Of a stretch of 59,845 nt of DNA, positions 39,016 to 54,356 are shown in pieces. Where the stretch lies: the NCBI GenBank assembly GCA_030324005.1, contig JARDVH010000193.1, positions 79,748,636-79,808,480 of the forward strand, read 5' to 3'. Position 1 is the stretch's first letter; every line of letters begins with the position of its first letter. The translations under genes were made by a program, and so were the position numbers. Below the pieces are notes generated by a model, which saw only the letters and a program-made list of their open reading frames with translations, did no database searches and was not told where the DNA came from. This DNA comes from Negaprion brevirostris (lineage: Eukaryota).

Positions 39016-40753
39016 ACTGACTAGAAAAGGCATTGTACCCCATTTTTGGGCTTGATATTGGCCAAAAGGCCAAGTAGTGACTTGTTTGGATAACAACACC
39101 CTGGTATATAGTGCACTTTCACACTAATGTGGGACATTTCTAGTCGTCAAAACTACCTTTCCTAACACATGTTTTTTGGATCAGCTGAACTTTTTTGGCA
39201 CTTATTTGCATATGCTTGCAATTCTTTTGCAATATTTTAAAGTTTGAACAAAAGAATAGCCTGCCATTTTATTTTCTAACTTGGCTATACTAATAGGAAA
39301 GAATAGATCTGAGTTTGTTGTTTATTGCTTCTTTTATAAATAATGGTTTTACATAATCTGGTAATGCATCTGTTCATTCTTGGTAATCTCTGAAAATTTT
39401 CTGGTTAAATTGGACAGGTGACTGATTTGCTAAATACTGTGGTTTCAGCTTATTTTAATTGACTTTTTTTTTTGTTGGGATATTTTGGATGGAATTTCCT
39501 TTGTGGGTGCAAGTTTAATTATACCCTAAAGTGTGCCATTTCCCTCTGTCGGGCTAAACTTGAATGAATCATGCTGGAAAATGTCTGAGCGTTAATTTAG
39601 CATGAAACAATTGAGAGCCAAGCAAATACTGTGAATCTAAAAAAATGTTTGAAGTGTACTTGACAAGTCTGGTAGCATCTGTGGCGAGAACATTAAAATT
39701 TTAAGTCAAACCTGACTGGTTTTATGCTGTTGATGGGTGGGTGGAAAAGCAAAAAGGAAGGTCTGGGTGATTCAATAATTAAAAGATGCCTTTGATCAAA
39801 AGGCAAAGGAAGTGGTAATGGTGTAGCATTGGTTGAGTGAGTGTTAATGACAATGAACCGTCTGAAAGAGTGGCTACAAACTTGCATCATGTCTCCAACT
39901 GTAAAAACTAAGTTCTAAGTTAAACATTCACCCAAGGTACATGAATGATGGTTAAGAATCTATAATGAAGGAAGCGTTTCAACTTTTAATGTGACTTGTA
40001 TGTTTATAATCACAAAGTGCCATGCAGGTCTGATTTTTTTTTAAAAAATAAACCTTGGGGCAAAGCCAGTATTTGGTGGAGTGATTGGATGGGTGACTGT
40101 CACTACTTTAAAAATTGGAGCATCTATTGCATTTTTCTATATAACTCAAAATCTTGAGAGGCAGTAGTAGTAGCAGGAACAATTTTTATTTTTAAAGCAT
40201 TTAGGTAAATGAGTAAGATGGGTGTGGAGGGATATGGACAATTGGGACTTTTGTCGTGGTAAATGTTGGGCGGCATGGACAAATTGGATCAAATGTCCTG
40301 TTTCCATGCTGTAAACCAAGTCAATTTAAATATTAGTGAGCCTGGGACTCAATTGTCTGGGCTCATTTATGTTAATAGCTTGACCAATTAAGGCCCTCAC
40401 TGGCAAGGATCATGTAGTCCCCACCAATGGGGACCAGACATGATGGTTTTGCTGGAGGCCATTGAAGCCCTGGGTTGTTGGGACAGTACCAACTGGGCAC
40501 TCAGCGTAGCATAGTGCAAAGGGGATGCAGCATTGATTTGCGGATGTGGTGATCTTCTGGTGGGGGGAGGGGGTTCTGCCCCTGTAACGCCACTCCCTCA
40601 GCCCACCACCACATGCAACCCAAACTGCAACAGACATTCTGTGAAGCACTATTCAATATCACTTGCTGCCCAAGTTCCTTTTGGTTCTGATGTAAAGTCA
40701 TTTTTTCTTGTGACTTGTAGTTTTGCTTTTCTTTGACTTCTCCTTTTCTTTGA

Positions 40754-40870
<117 letters not shown>

Positions 40871-41144
40871 TAAAATGTGATTTGCAAATGCCACACATGA
40901 GTTGCCCTTGCTTGCTAATGTTCAGAGGATAAGTTATCCTTTGCTGTAAAGGATTAAGATTTTAACACTTTGTTTTGGGATTATGTATTACTCCAACTTG
41001 TAAAGCAGCTTTTCTTAAATTTAAAATCTTGTGGTACTTAAGGTGTAAATGAACATGGGTGCTGAGCCAAAGGAGAAGATACCACAGATCTTGTGTTGGC
41101 TCTACCACAGGCATTCAGACAGCACGTCCATTTATTGACCTAAT

Positions 41145-41770
41145 GGCCCAAATCTTGCAGTGCCAGTGATGTGAATGTTGAGACATTAGCTCTTATTGGG
41201 GGCTGCAGTGGGCCACAACTTCTGGGAAGCTGACTTGTGATTGAATCCAGACTTTGTTTTACCTAGAATAGGTTCGCTAGAATAGACTCTTGCGGAGCAC
41301 AACTTGGATAGTCCTGCCAGGGCTTGTTAGTGTGGAGGCTTGGACTGTCTGCCTGATACCTGCTTCTATTTAGTTTGGGTTGCTGCTAAGAGCCCTTAAT
41401 CAATGTTTCAAAGCATTTCCCACCTCTGGCTCTGCTCTATCCCAGCTCCTCCATCCTGTCATTCTCAAAATAAGTGGGTGGGGAATGGGTGTTCAGGTAG
41501 TGAGTACAATCAGGACTGCTGGGAGTGAAGCTAAAATTGAGTGAGGGAAATATTTTAAATGATGATATTACCCAGTCATTGAGCTGAAGGTTTGTAATGC
41601 TAAAAAGAGGAGTTTTGCTGGAGTTGTGCCTTGTCACCTCAGCCTCCCGCTGGTGGATTTATACTCCAGTTGGGAGAGCAAGTTTCAGCTGTAACCAGAG
41701 TGAAAATGTAATTTTAAATGCGTTCAGCAGTGTACATTTTGGCTTCTCCAATGACCGTAAGATCCAGGCC
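41145..41770. mobile_element. Putative non-autonomous DNA transposon (MITE-like) with degenerate 14 bp TIRs
   Basis: Left ggcccaaatcttgc versus the right-end reverse complement ggcctggatcttac: 10/14 identical, all differences transitions. Confidence 0.4.
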
Positions 41771-43938
41771 AATATTTTCTGAAGTGCATGAGACCAAGTT
41801 TGTTAGAGCAGACCAACTACTCCACTGTTGGTTTTTAAGAATGGTGGTCTTTTGGGGCCAGACTGCATGCATTGAAGAGAGTCTATTACAATTTAAATTG
41901 TTCGGACAACTTGAGCCATTGTGAAGGTAAAACGAGCCTACTGACAAATTATGTTCAAGTTGGTTATTTAACCTCTTCTCCCTACCCTCTCCTGAAATTG
42001 AGACACTAACTTGTGCTTTTTTTTTCCCTCAAATGAATTTTTAAAAATGATCAAATCCAAACTTGACACCCACACAATCACTATTTTCTGATGTGCATGC
42101 TTGCCTTGGCCTTTTCAGTTCAGGCTACCACCAAACAAATTCTTGACACTGGCACTTCACTTTGCTGCTCTGAGAGCAATTCTGCCGGATAAACTTGGCT
42201 GTATAACCCTGGGTGTGCCTCATTATGTAGCTGAAGTGTTTAACACTACTTTGGGAGGGCCTCTTAAGTTTTTTAGTATAATTCAAACAAGTGCCTATTC
42301 AAAGTCAACACAAGATTTGTGGGTACAAATCTTTCCATGTTTCACAGTTATTGCATGAGTAAAGGAATATGTTCATTGTAGCTTTGGAGTAAATGTAAAT
42401 CCTAAATGGGATGACTTTGAACAATCCTCACTGTTAGTTGGATAACTCCTCTATACTGGACTTGGCCCATTTCTGGAACAGGTCTTCTGTGTGCATTTTT
42501 CTCATGGGTTTTTCTATGCTGTATAAACAAAGCATGTTCTACTTTTGTTTGCCAAGACCTAATAAATTAAATCCCATAATACCCTAGTATAGTTGAATAT
42601 GGCATGTAGCCACCACACTGACCAGCATTGTGCAATGTTGTGGATGAAATGAAAAGAGCAGTTGATGTCTCCATTTTCAGGACCAGCAAGTGAAAAAACA
42701 ATTCATTATAAGTATCTTGCCTCTGCTATTTAAAGCAGGTGTATTTAGTTTTATGACTGTCTTGTGTATGGTGTTCAGGTTGGGCAAAGCAAGACAATTT
42801 AGTGCCTTTGTGAAATCTGGTCAGTCAATTACTTTTTAGCTGCTTATGTAGCATATCAGTTTAAAAAAAGAACATGGAAACACCACCATGCACAAGTTCC
42901 CCTCCATTGCCAGCCTGATCTGAAATTTTTTCTCCACTTGTCATTGGATCAAAATACTGAATGACTGCCCTGTGGATATACCTGCAGTAGGTCAAGAAAG
43001 TGGTTCGCCACCAACTCCTCGAGGGCAACTAGTGCTCGTCTTGCCAGTGAGGCCCATGCCCCATGAAATACTGCTTTATCAGATGTACTATGTGTTCATT
43101 CACGTGGATTTTGAGATTTTATTCAAACAAAAAGCAGAAAGTACTAATTCTGCTTTTCTTTCATTTCATTGCTATTTTTTGGTCTATTGCTAACCTGGGA
43201 TGGCTGCTATATTTGCCAAAATGTAGCAGCCATTCCATGCATGCCGAAAGAATTCACTCTTGTCAACTATTTTTGAAACGTTGCAATGATGTGGTAATTC
43301 TAACTGTTCGTGCTGCACTTCAGCCACATGTGGCAAGCAACTTGCAATACCTCTGCCAATCATTTTTCTAAAGTCACTTGGCAAGTCTGAAAGAGGAACC
43401 CATTGTAACGTTCCCAATTTTTAAAACTTTTCCTCCCTATAAGCATCACTTGGCCTATTTCAGGAGGGTGTGAAAGGTGCAATGTAACTACTTTTTCAAA
43501 GGTTATAACTCTCAATCTGAAATACAAAGGAACTGAATGGGCTGTATGCCTAAATTTTTATGTAGATTATATTTTGGCACTTGCAACTGTCTTGTACCTT
43601 GTCAAAGTCACATGCAGTTTTTTGTGTAGGTTAAATGGATTAGCCATTGTAAACGAGAGGTTATGAGGATATGGTGGAAAGGTACTTTGTCAGAGGAGTC
43701 AGTGCAGACTAGATGGGCTGAATAACCTCACTTTGCACTGTAGAGATTCTATAAACTCAGGGTCTGTATATCCGAACACAACATGACCAAGTTCAATCCT
43801 ATTGTCTAAAGAATTCAGTTAATCCTTGTGGCTTAACTGCACATGTGGAATTATCCAAATTGAATTAAGTACTTGTTTTGATCATCTGCTGCACTGACAT
43901 TCAACACACTAAGTTGATTTCTTTTTCTGTATTTTTAG

Positions 43939-44213
43939 GTAACTCAGCAAGATGTTCGCAAGGAGAGTCCACTGCTTTTCAAGTTTAGAGCAAAATTCTT
44001 TCCTGAAGATGTATCTGAGGAGCTGATTCAGGAGATTACCCAGCGCCTCTTCTTTCTGCAAGTGAAAGAGGGCATTCTGAACGATGACATCTACTGCCCC
44101 CCAGAGACTGCAGTGCTGTTGGCTTCTTATGCTGTGCAGGTCAAATATGGAGATTTCAATAAAGATGCCCACAAAACAGGCTATTTATCAAATGACCGTC
44201 TCCTTCCACAGCG
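43939..44213 (+). CDS. MSN: Moesin exon 4 (275 nt): [92 protein letters not shown]
   Basis: Acceptor tgtatttttag, donor gtaaat; open frame; FERM F1-F2. Confidence 0.97.
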
Positions 44214-46595
44214 GTAAATGTTGTCTTTGTTTTTCAGTGATGCCCACGTTTTGAAATTGCTTCACATCGCTCCAAGCCATCTAGTCTGTGAATTGTAGAT
44301 AGGTGAAGTTAAATTGGCAAACTGAATTGGCACCACCAAAAAAATTACGAAGTACATGTTTTCCACAATACTAAAATATGATTCAAATGGTGAATAAGAA
44401 TCACAGTTCAGGGATGTCATGCAGGGTGGAAAAATTGAAAGTTTTGTGTTTGGGAAGTTTGTAACCAGGATGTGTTTACTGATTTTTTTTTATGATGTCA
44501 TTATGGTAACATGTCCTGTGGACAAAAAATACCAAGTTTTATTTGGCAGTTGTACTGAATCCATGTCAAGGTTGAAACACTAGTGAGGTGGTGAGGATTG
44601 AGCAAAGGATTAATAGTGGTGCCTGATCCCAATCTGGAAGCTAATGCTGAAATATAGACGTGTATGATGGTCAGCCGAGATAACGCTCCAAAGAAATGAA
44701 CACAGATGCTATGCTGGTGCCTGTAGACTGGGGGTGGGGGGTGGTGTCAGGGGTACAGAGAAGTAGGGAAAATGACAACTAATTAAAATGAATATAGGTT
44801 CCAAAGCACTTGAATTGGCTAGCTTCATGTAATGATTATGTTTTGATGAAGTTAATTTTGATTTTGCCCTATTTCTTGTGCCCTCTGTCATAGTGAACAC
44901 CTTCCCTCATTGTTTTTTCATTTTTTTCCTCTTTAGTCTCCCTTTTTAACATACTGAAAGGATTTTTAGGTATTAACTAGGTTCAACTAAAACACAGGTG
45001 GACAAATCATTTGCCTGGCCTGGTTGGCCCAATTGTGGTCATGAATATATTGTGTCATAATCACATTGCCTAGCTTGTGCAGAAAAATCTGAAACTGAAC
45101 TACATTCCTTGTTCCACGTGCCAGAGAATGTTCTGTACCATTTCATGGGTCAAATGCCCAGGCAGTTGGATACAATCCAAGTTTGTTGCCTTTCTCTGAT
45201 CAATTTTTACTCTTAATTCTTTGAATTGTTAACATGGGCATACTTTAGTAATCCAATTTTGTTGATCCACTCTTCTTTCAGTGCCTGGAGACTCAGGTGA
45301 AATTTTAATTACTAGTTTGTTTTTTTAATCTATAAATATCTTCCACTTGTGGGTAGTGCTAGAGATTGGAACGCTTTGTCTCCCAAAAAAATCTTCCAGA
45401 TCTATTGTGCTGCAGTGAATCTCTCTTTGGTCTTAACATATGTCAATACCAACCCCTTAATGTACTATTGTCCCACATCAGTCATTTTGTAGAATCTGCG
45501 ACATTTTGGCAGTTAGTGTTACAGTGGGAGGTATTGTGGCCACCAAGAGCTTGACTGAGATTGCCCAAACTATTTGCTTTCACTTGCATTGCTGTTGGTC
45601 TTTGAGAACAGAATTTTCCATTTTGTTTAACCCATGCTAGTAGAGAGTACTCCAGATCATATCTACAAACAGATTGAGGCAGAGTATTAGCAACAAGCTA
45701 GAGTGCTATTTGCTTCAATGTTTTCTATTATATGTACTATAGTCATCCCATGATCTGAGGTTTGATGCTGAATTAACATTTTGTTTCCACTAAGAACTAA
45801 ATTGACATTGCACAAATTTACTTTGTGTCCCTACAACCAACAAAGGAGACTTTCAGTTGGAACATAATGAGCCCAAGATCTCTCTCTCCCTTCTCCCTCT
45901 GACACACCTAAGGGTTTAAATGTACTGTTTTTGGCAGGTGGAATTTGTACTCATTTTCAATAAGTAGCTACATTTATTAGGAGTTCTTCTTCTAATACTT
46001 AGCATGTGGCTGCTAGACAGTGCTGAAGTACTTCAGGATAATTTCTTCTCTCCTCACCTGAAGAAAAGTTGCGTCCCCACTTCTTCAGTTTCAAGTTTAA
46101 GAACTTTCTTCCAAAGTTGAAGTGGAAAATAGCTTGTAATGTGCACATTCCCTCCTTGCCTCCATTGAAATAAATGCATCCATTTCCTGCTCCCTCCACT
46201 TCTTTTCCAAGATTTTGGCTATGGAACTCTCACCTGCCTAGGTTAATCCTATCTTTTTCAGTCCAAGTGCTTTAAAGCTTAGCATCACCTAACCACTCTG
46301 TCGATTTATGTAGTAGTTTTTATTCTTCAACTTTGTCCTGTCCAATGAACAGAGTTGGCTTATTAAGTTGAGATGGAATTGGATTTTGAAATGTACACAC
46401 TCAATCGAAGTGCTGCTGAAAGATCTAAAGTATGGCTGCTAAACTGGCATTGAATTTGAGACACATAGGAGTATGGCTGACTGGTGCCTTTTTACCCAAC
46501 TCAAACTGAACTGTTCTGTACTTAAGATGGCTATCCTGTGGGAATCAGTTTTATGTGTAGCTTATAATGATGCAACTGTTCACTGTCCCCTTCAG

Positions 46596-46679
46596 TGTCC
46601 TGGAACAGCACAAGTTAAACAAAGAACAGTGGGAAGATCGGATCCAGATCTGGCATGAAGAGCACCGAGGAATGATCAG
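46596..46679 (+). CDS. MSN: Moesin exon 5 (84 nt): [28 protein letters not shown]
   Basis: Acceptor tccccttcag, donor gtaata; phase 2/2, consistent with neighbouring exons. Confidence 0.97.
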
Positions 46680-47051
46680 GTAATATCAGAAGTTGGCAGT
46701 GTAATTTTGTTTTTACAGGATAAGTTAATTAATAAACCAGAATAATTTACAGTTAATCTGTTTAGTCATGCAAAACCCATATTTGGTCACTCTAGTGATA
46801 AACTGGTGTTCTTATTATTCTGAAAGTATAATACTGACCTGAGTGGCAATTCCTTCAATTCCAATGTTCAGGACTAAAATGACAACTGTACATATTGGCA
46901 CCTATTGTATTAACAGCACAGACATTGCTGACTTGCGTGCTGTGATGGGTGTAACTTGGCTTCGTAGTGATTTGTGTGGAATAAGGGACTGGACCATATT
47001 ATGTATGGTACATTGAAAGATGGTTTGAGTGTGAACCTGACTTCTTCAAAA

Positions 47052-47358
47052 TGGTACAGTAGCTAGTACTGCTGCCTCAGTGCTGGGGCCCGGGTTTGAT
47101 TTCCAGCTTAGGTCACTGTCTGTGTGGAGTTTGCACACACTCCCTGTGGCTGTGTGGGTTTCTGTCAAGTGCTCTGGTTTCCTCCCACAGTCCAAAGATG
47201 TGCAAATTAGGTGGATTGGCCAAGTTAAATTGTCCCTTAGTATCAGGGGACTAGCTAAAGTAAATGCATGGGGTTGTGGGGAAAGAACCTGGGTAGTACT
47301 GTGATCAGTGCAGACTCGATGAGCCGAATGGCCACCCCCTGCACTATAGGATTTCTAT
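47052..47358 (+). mobile_element. HE1-type SINE, near full length, tail A
   Basis: actgctgcctcagtgctggggcccgggtttgatttccagcttaggtcactgtctgtgtggagtttgcac...gtgcagactcgatgagccgaatggccaccccctgcactataggatttcta. Confidence 0.92.
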
Positions 47359-47616
47359 CAAATGAATCCTATAGTTCACTAGTATGGTGCTCAACTTGTT
47401 CAGTGCAATCAGTGTTTTTGGAAAAAGCCACAAGTTGAAAAGCCTTGGGTTGATTTCACATTGAATGTGGCTCTCCAAGCTTTGACTTTCATCTGTGCTG
47501 AATTTAGAACACCCAGGCTATCTTTTATCAGTCGTCCATTTTTTTAATGGTCGTTACACTATCAGGAATGGAAATGAAACCTAAAAGTGATTTAAAACTT
47601 GCCATGTATTGCTGGT

Positions 47617-47850
47617 GGCAGCACAGTGGTTAACACTGCTGCCTCAATGCCAGGGACCTGGGCCAACTGCATGGAATTTGCACGTACTCCACCTGTGGGT
47701 TTCCTCCCACACTCCAAAGATGTGTGTTAAGTTGATTTGGCCTTGCTAAATTGCCTTTTAATATCAGGAAAATTAACAGGGTAAATATGTAGGGTTTCAG
47801 GGATAGGGTCTGCGTGGAATTGTTGTCTGTGCAGTTTCAATGGGCCATAT
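47617..47850 (+). mobile_element. HE1-type SINE, tail A, with an internal deletion
   Basis: ggcagcacagtggttaacactgctgcctcaatgccagggacctggg..tttcctcccacactccaaagatgtg..gctaaattgcc. Confidence 0.85.
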
Positions 47851-48539
47851 AGTCTACAATTAAGTGTCTTCGGATTAGTGATACAAATATTAAAACCCTA
47901 AATCCTGAGGTTCACTGTGTATTTAGTATGTTGTGACTTGGCTGGCTCCTTGTGGCTGTGTTCCCAGTATAAAGTCCTGAAAGGAGTTCTGGATAAATTT
48001 ATTCTGCATTCATTATAATGTTAGCATATTGTGCATACTTATGGGTTTAAATTTTTTGGTTTTTCAAGCTCCAGACCTGTATGGGTATAAGAGCCAGTGC
48101 AAATAAGCATTGTTTCTATATTTTAAATTATTTTAACCAAAATAATTTCTTTAAAATCATTGCTTAAGACTAAATCAGATATTTTGTGCTTAACCTGGTA
48201 ATTTTGCTCAATTGTTGCTAATGAGACCGAGTTGTGGGCTGAGTGCATGGGACTTGGTACACAACCTGTACAACAGGAATTTCTGCAAGTCCTGTGACAT
48301 GGCCCTCGCTATCCCCATTAGAACTAGAGCATCTCGGAAACTTGATGTCCGAGGTAGCATTGGATTTTTTTTTTTTGGTTTTAAAGCAGTATCAATTCCT
48401 GTTCTATTCCCCTTCCCCACTATCCATTTTGAGAATGTTTTGACTTAAACCACATTACAAAACTAGGAAATCTGCTGTTTCAAGCAGGTGTGCAAAATGT
48501 ATTGTGACCAAGAAGCAGTAGATAACATTATGGCATCAA

Positions 48540-49859
<1,320 letters not shown>

Positions 49860-50734
49860 TAGATTCCTCCATGTGCAATGTTGTCTGTAATATAAGCAAA
49901 TGGATGATAAAATGGAAGCAGATGATGAGGTAAATTCTTTTAAACCCTTGCTCCCTACTTTGACCTGACCATTGAACCCTGGAGTTGAAACAGATAGTTA
50001 ATTAAAAATCAAGATGTTGCTAATTCATTTTAATGAGGCGTAATGAATGCAGTCATGCATTTCCATGAAAACTGCAGTTTATGAAGAGCTATCCTCATGA
50101 ATAGCTTGACCAATTAGAATAAATAACCAGATCTTTAATTGGCAACTCCAACAGTGGACATCATGGTAATGGGCAAGCAACATCCAAACATTTGAATGAG
50201 TCTTGGTATGAGTCCATGGCTGGAGGTTTACCGTCCTACTTGCCACAGGAATCAGAGCGGGCAAGGGGCAGACCATGTAAAGGTCTGTCGACCAAGTGGG
50301 AGTTTATCTCTTTGAAGAACCCCATATCTCTAAGTACCACTCAACTACTGAAGAAAAAGCTGGAAGCTATACTGATTTTAAAATCATTGCAAGGTCAATG
50401 ACAAGTGATATGAAATTTTAACTTGTGGCAGATGTGTCTTGAGTAAATATATATACGTGAAATACATTTGCCTGCATTTTAAGGTTTGCTAAAACAGGTA
50501 CTGCCACAGCCATGTCTGTGGCTGCTGAGGAATTTATTTTGGATATTAGTTTAGACCAGGTGGGTGGCTGGATTTTAAACTGAGCTGCCATCACAACCAA
50601 GTCCAATCCTGCCCTCGCCTGCTATTCTTCCCTTTCTCAACCCTCCCTCCACAAAATCCCAAGGTCACAGGAATAAATTATATCCTAATTGCTGCTGTGA
50701 CTTGATTGGTTTTGACTTGAAATTGGTTAACTCA

Positions 50735-51500
50735 ACATAAACCAGATGGAGTTTAATCTGGACAAATATGAAGTAATGCATTTTGGAAGGTTTAATTTGA
50801 ATGGCAGAACCCTTAAGAGGTCAGAAGGATCTGGGTGCACAAATACATAGGTCACAAAGTGGCAGTGCAGGTGGAGAAGGCATATGGCATGCTTGCCTTC
50901 ATTGGCTGGGCCATTGAGTTTAAAAATTGGCAAGTCATGTTGCAGCTTTATTGAACCTTAGTTAGGCTGCACTTGGAACATAGTGTGGCAACCAGAATTG
51001 AACACTACCAGAAGGATGTGGAGGCTTTGGAGAGGGTACAGGAAAGATTTATCAGGATGCTGCTTGGTATAGAGAGCATTAACTATGAGGAGAGGTTGGA
51101 GAAACTTGGTTTGTTCTCACTGGAGCAACGGAGGGGTAATCTGATAAAAGCCGACAAGATTGAGGGGCATGGACAGAGTGGATAGTTAGACTCTTTTTCC
51201 CAGGGTGGAAGAGTCAATTACTAGGGGGGACATACCTTTTTAAGGGGCAAGGTTTAAAGGAGATGTACGAGGCAAGTTTTTTTTCACACTGGGTGATGGG
51301 TGCCTGGAATTCACTGCCAGGGGAGGTAGTGGAAACTGATGCAATAGTGACTGTTAAGGGGCATCTGGACAAATGTGAATAGGATGGGAATGGAGGAAAA
51401 TGGTCCCTGGAAGAGAGGGGGTTTTACCTCAGATGGGCAGCATGGTCAGTGTAGGCTTGGATGACCGAAGGGCCTGTTCCTTGTTGCTGTGATGTTCTTT
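50735..51500 (+). mobile_element. CR1/HER1-like LINE 3' portion
   Basis: QMEFNLDKYEVMHFGR. Track ORF 50973..51185 reads HYQKDVEALERVQERFIRMLLGIESINYEERLEKLGLFSLEQRR. Tail accgaagggcctgttcc. Confidence 0.92.
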
Positions 51501-51671
51501 GCTCAGTAGTTGAGCCTTGAATCTAATCTAAATGATTTCTTATACGGGGCAGAGCTTTGACTCGCAAGGAATTTGAGTTTCCAATACAGGGAGAAGAGAA
51601 ATTTGGCTCAATTTGATTTTTGAGTATAGTGAAGAGTAGGAAGTGCATATAATTTATGGATGTTGAACTAG

Positions 51672-51848
<177 letters not shown>

Positions 51849-52311
51849 TGACACCTTCAGGTTACAGAGATTCAATTACTCTTAATTTGCAAGTCTAGAT
51901 GCAGCCCATCAGAGCATTGTAGATGAACATGACTTTAAGTTGTAATGGAACCCAGTCCCTCNNNNNNNNNNNNNNNNNNNNNNNNNNNNNNNNNNNNNNN
52001 NNNNNNNNNNNNNNNNNNNNNNNNNNNNNNNNNNNNNNNNNNNNNNNNNNNNNNNNNNNNNNNNNNNNNNNNNNNNNNNNNNNNNNNNNNNNNNNNNNNN
52101 NNNNNNNNNNNNNNNNNNNNNNNNNNNNNNNNNNNNNNNNNNNNNNNNNNNNNNNNNNNNNNNNNNNNNNNNNNNNNNNNNNNNNNNNNNNNNNNNNNNN
52201 NNNNNNNNNNNNNNNNNNNNNNNNNNNNNNNNNNNNNNNNNNNNNNNNNNNNNNNNNNNNNNNNNNNNNNNNNNNNNNNNNNNNNNCCATGCTGGCACTC
52301 TGTGGGGAAAA

Positions 52312-53140
52312 ATAAGAAATAATAAGAACATAAGAAATAGGAGCAGGAGTAGGCCGTCTAGCCCTTCGAGTCTGCCCCGCCATTCAATAAGTTCGTGGCT
52401 GATCTGATAGTGGATCAGTTCCAGCCTGCTCCCCATAACCCTTAATTCCCTTATTGATCAGAAATCTATCTACCCGTGCCTTAAATATATTCAATGAGGT
52501 AGCCTCCACTGCTTCAATGGGCAGAGAATTCCAGAGATTCACTACCCTCTGAGAGAAGTTCTTCCTCAACTCTGTTCTAAACTGACTTCCCCTTATTTTG
52601 AGGCTGTGTCCCCTAGTTCTTGTTTCCCTTGAGTGGAAAGAATCTCTCTGCATGTAACCTGTCTAGCCCCTCTAAGGCCAATAATATCCTTTTGCAAATA
52701 AGGGGACCAAAACTGCGCACAGTACTCTAGTTGCAGCCTCACCAGTGCCTTGTACAATTGCAGCAAGACCTCGTGCTTTTATATTCTATCGCCCTCGCAA
52801 TAAAGGCCAACATTCCATTTGCCGCCTTGACCACCTGCAGACTGAGTTTTTGTGATTCATGCACAAGGACCCCCAGGTGTCTCTGCACAGTAGCATGTTG
52901 TAATTTTTCATTTAAATAATAGTCCATTTTACTATTATTCCTTCCAAGTGGATAACCTCACACTTGCCAACGTTATACTCCATCTGCCAGATCCTCGCCC
53001 ACTCACAGCCTATCCAAATCTCTCTGCGGGCTTTCCGCATCCTCCACGCAATTTGCTTTCCCACTCACCTTTGTGTCATCAGCAAACTTTGTTACCCTAC
53101 ACTTAGTCCCCTCCTCCACATCATCTGTGAATGGTAAACA
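52312..53140 (-). mobile_element. CR1-clade LINE 3' portion with (TTCTTAT)n-type tail
   Basis: Minus ORFs read ETRTRGHSLKIRGSQFRTELRKNFSQRVVNLWNSLPIEAVEATSLNIFKARVDRFL and VQRHLGVLVHESQK..KAANGMLAFIAR. Confidence 0.93.
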
Positions 53141-53986
53141 GTTCATTTTTTAAAAATCATTTAACTTCATTAAATGACTTCATTTAAAAAAAAATTGTTT
53201 GCCCAGAAAGGTTACTAAAAAATACAAATCCTAGTTGGCAGCAAGCTGGTGTTCATCTGTGCCAGTTCCTGCATTCTGTGCCGAATGGAGGTCACTAGCA
53301 GCAGCTGAAGCAGTCGGCACGCTGAACTAGTCAACAGTGGAACTTCTGCTCTTCACTGGGAGAAATCCTGCCCTTGAACTGCCAGCCTATCTGGTCAGCA
53401 TCTGCACCAATCCCAGCAGAGCCAGAGCTGCGTAGTGGGCACTGCAGGAAGAACCCCAAAGAGGATTGGTTGCTCAGGAAAGGCATGTCCCAGGGTTTGT
53501 GTGTGGAGGGATCATAAATCCCAGAGAATTGGTCATGTGGTATGTAGGGCACACAGTGCACAAGGAAAATTGGAGATGCACCTTCCCACAATTTTTTTTC
53601 TTTCCCCTGTAGGCCTTTAAAGAATGGCCTCCTACTCCTGATTGTACATGCCAACGATATTATGGCCTTGGCAGCATTTTCGGGTCAATAGGCTTGCTAA
53701 TGGGTAATTAATTCGAATGTGTCGAGTGTACTATATTTTGAAGCCCACCCACTTGGCATATTATGGAATTGCATTAGCTGTGGGTGGCAAGGTGATGAGC
53801 CAGGAAGCCATCATATTTTACGTGCCCCTCTGCTGAAAACACGATGGGCAGCGGCACGTAAAATCCAGGCCATGAAATGTTGAATTCTGTCTTTTTGTTC
53901 ATGCAGCTTTCCAAGCTGAGGGGCTGGGGAGCCACACANNNNNNNNNNTTAAAATATTAAAATATTCCCAATTCTCATTTTTGTAG

Positions 53987-54175
<189 letters not shown>

Positions 54176-54356
54176 TAGTGGGTTTCGATCTGCAAGCTTT
54201 AAAATGGGATCCTACAATGGCAGTTTCACTCGAGTATGCAGCCACGTTCCCTGTTATTTCTGCAAGAGATTGCAATATCTGTATTGGACAATGCAACATG
54301 ACTCTTGTGAATCCTATCCTCCATACGAGACCTACACTAAGGTCCTGCTGCCTTTC

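Noticed and set aside
47052-47130. tRNA-like A/B-box sequences as tRNA genes (also 36264 and 59737)
   Set aside because: They are SINE heads continuing into SINE bodies, with no complete cloverleaf.
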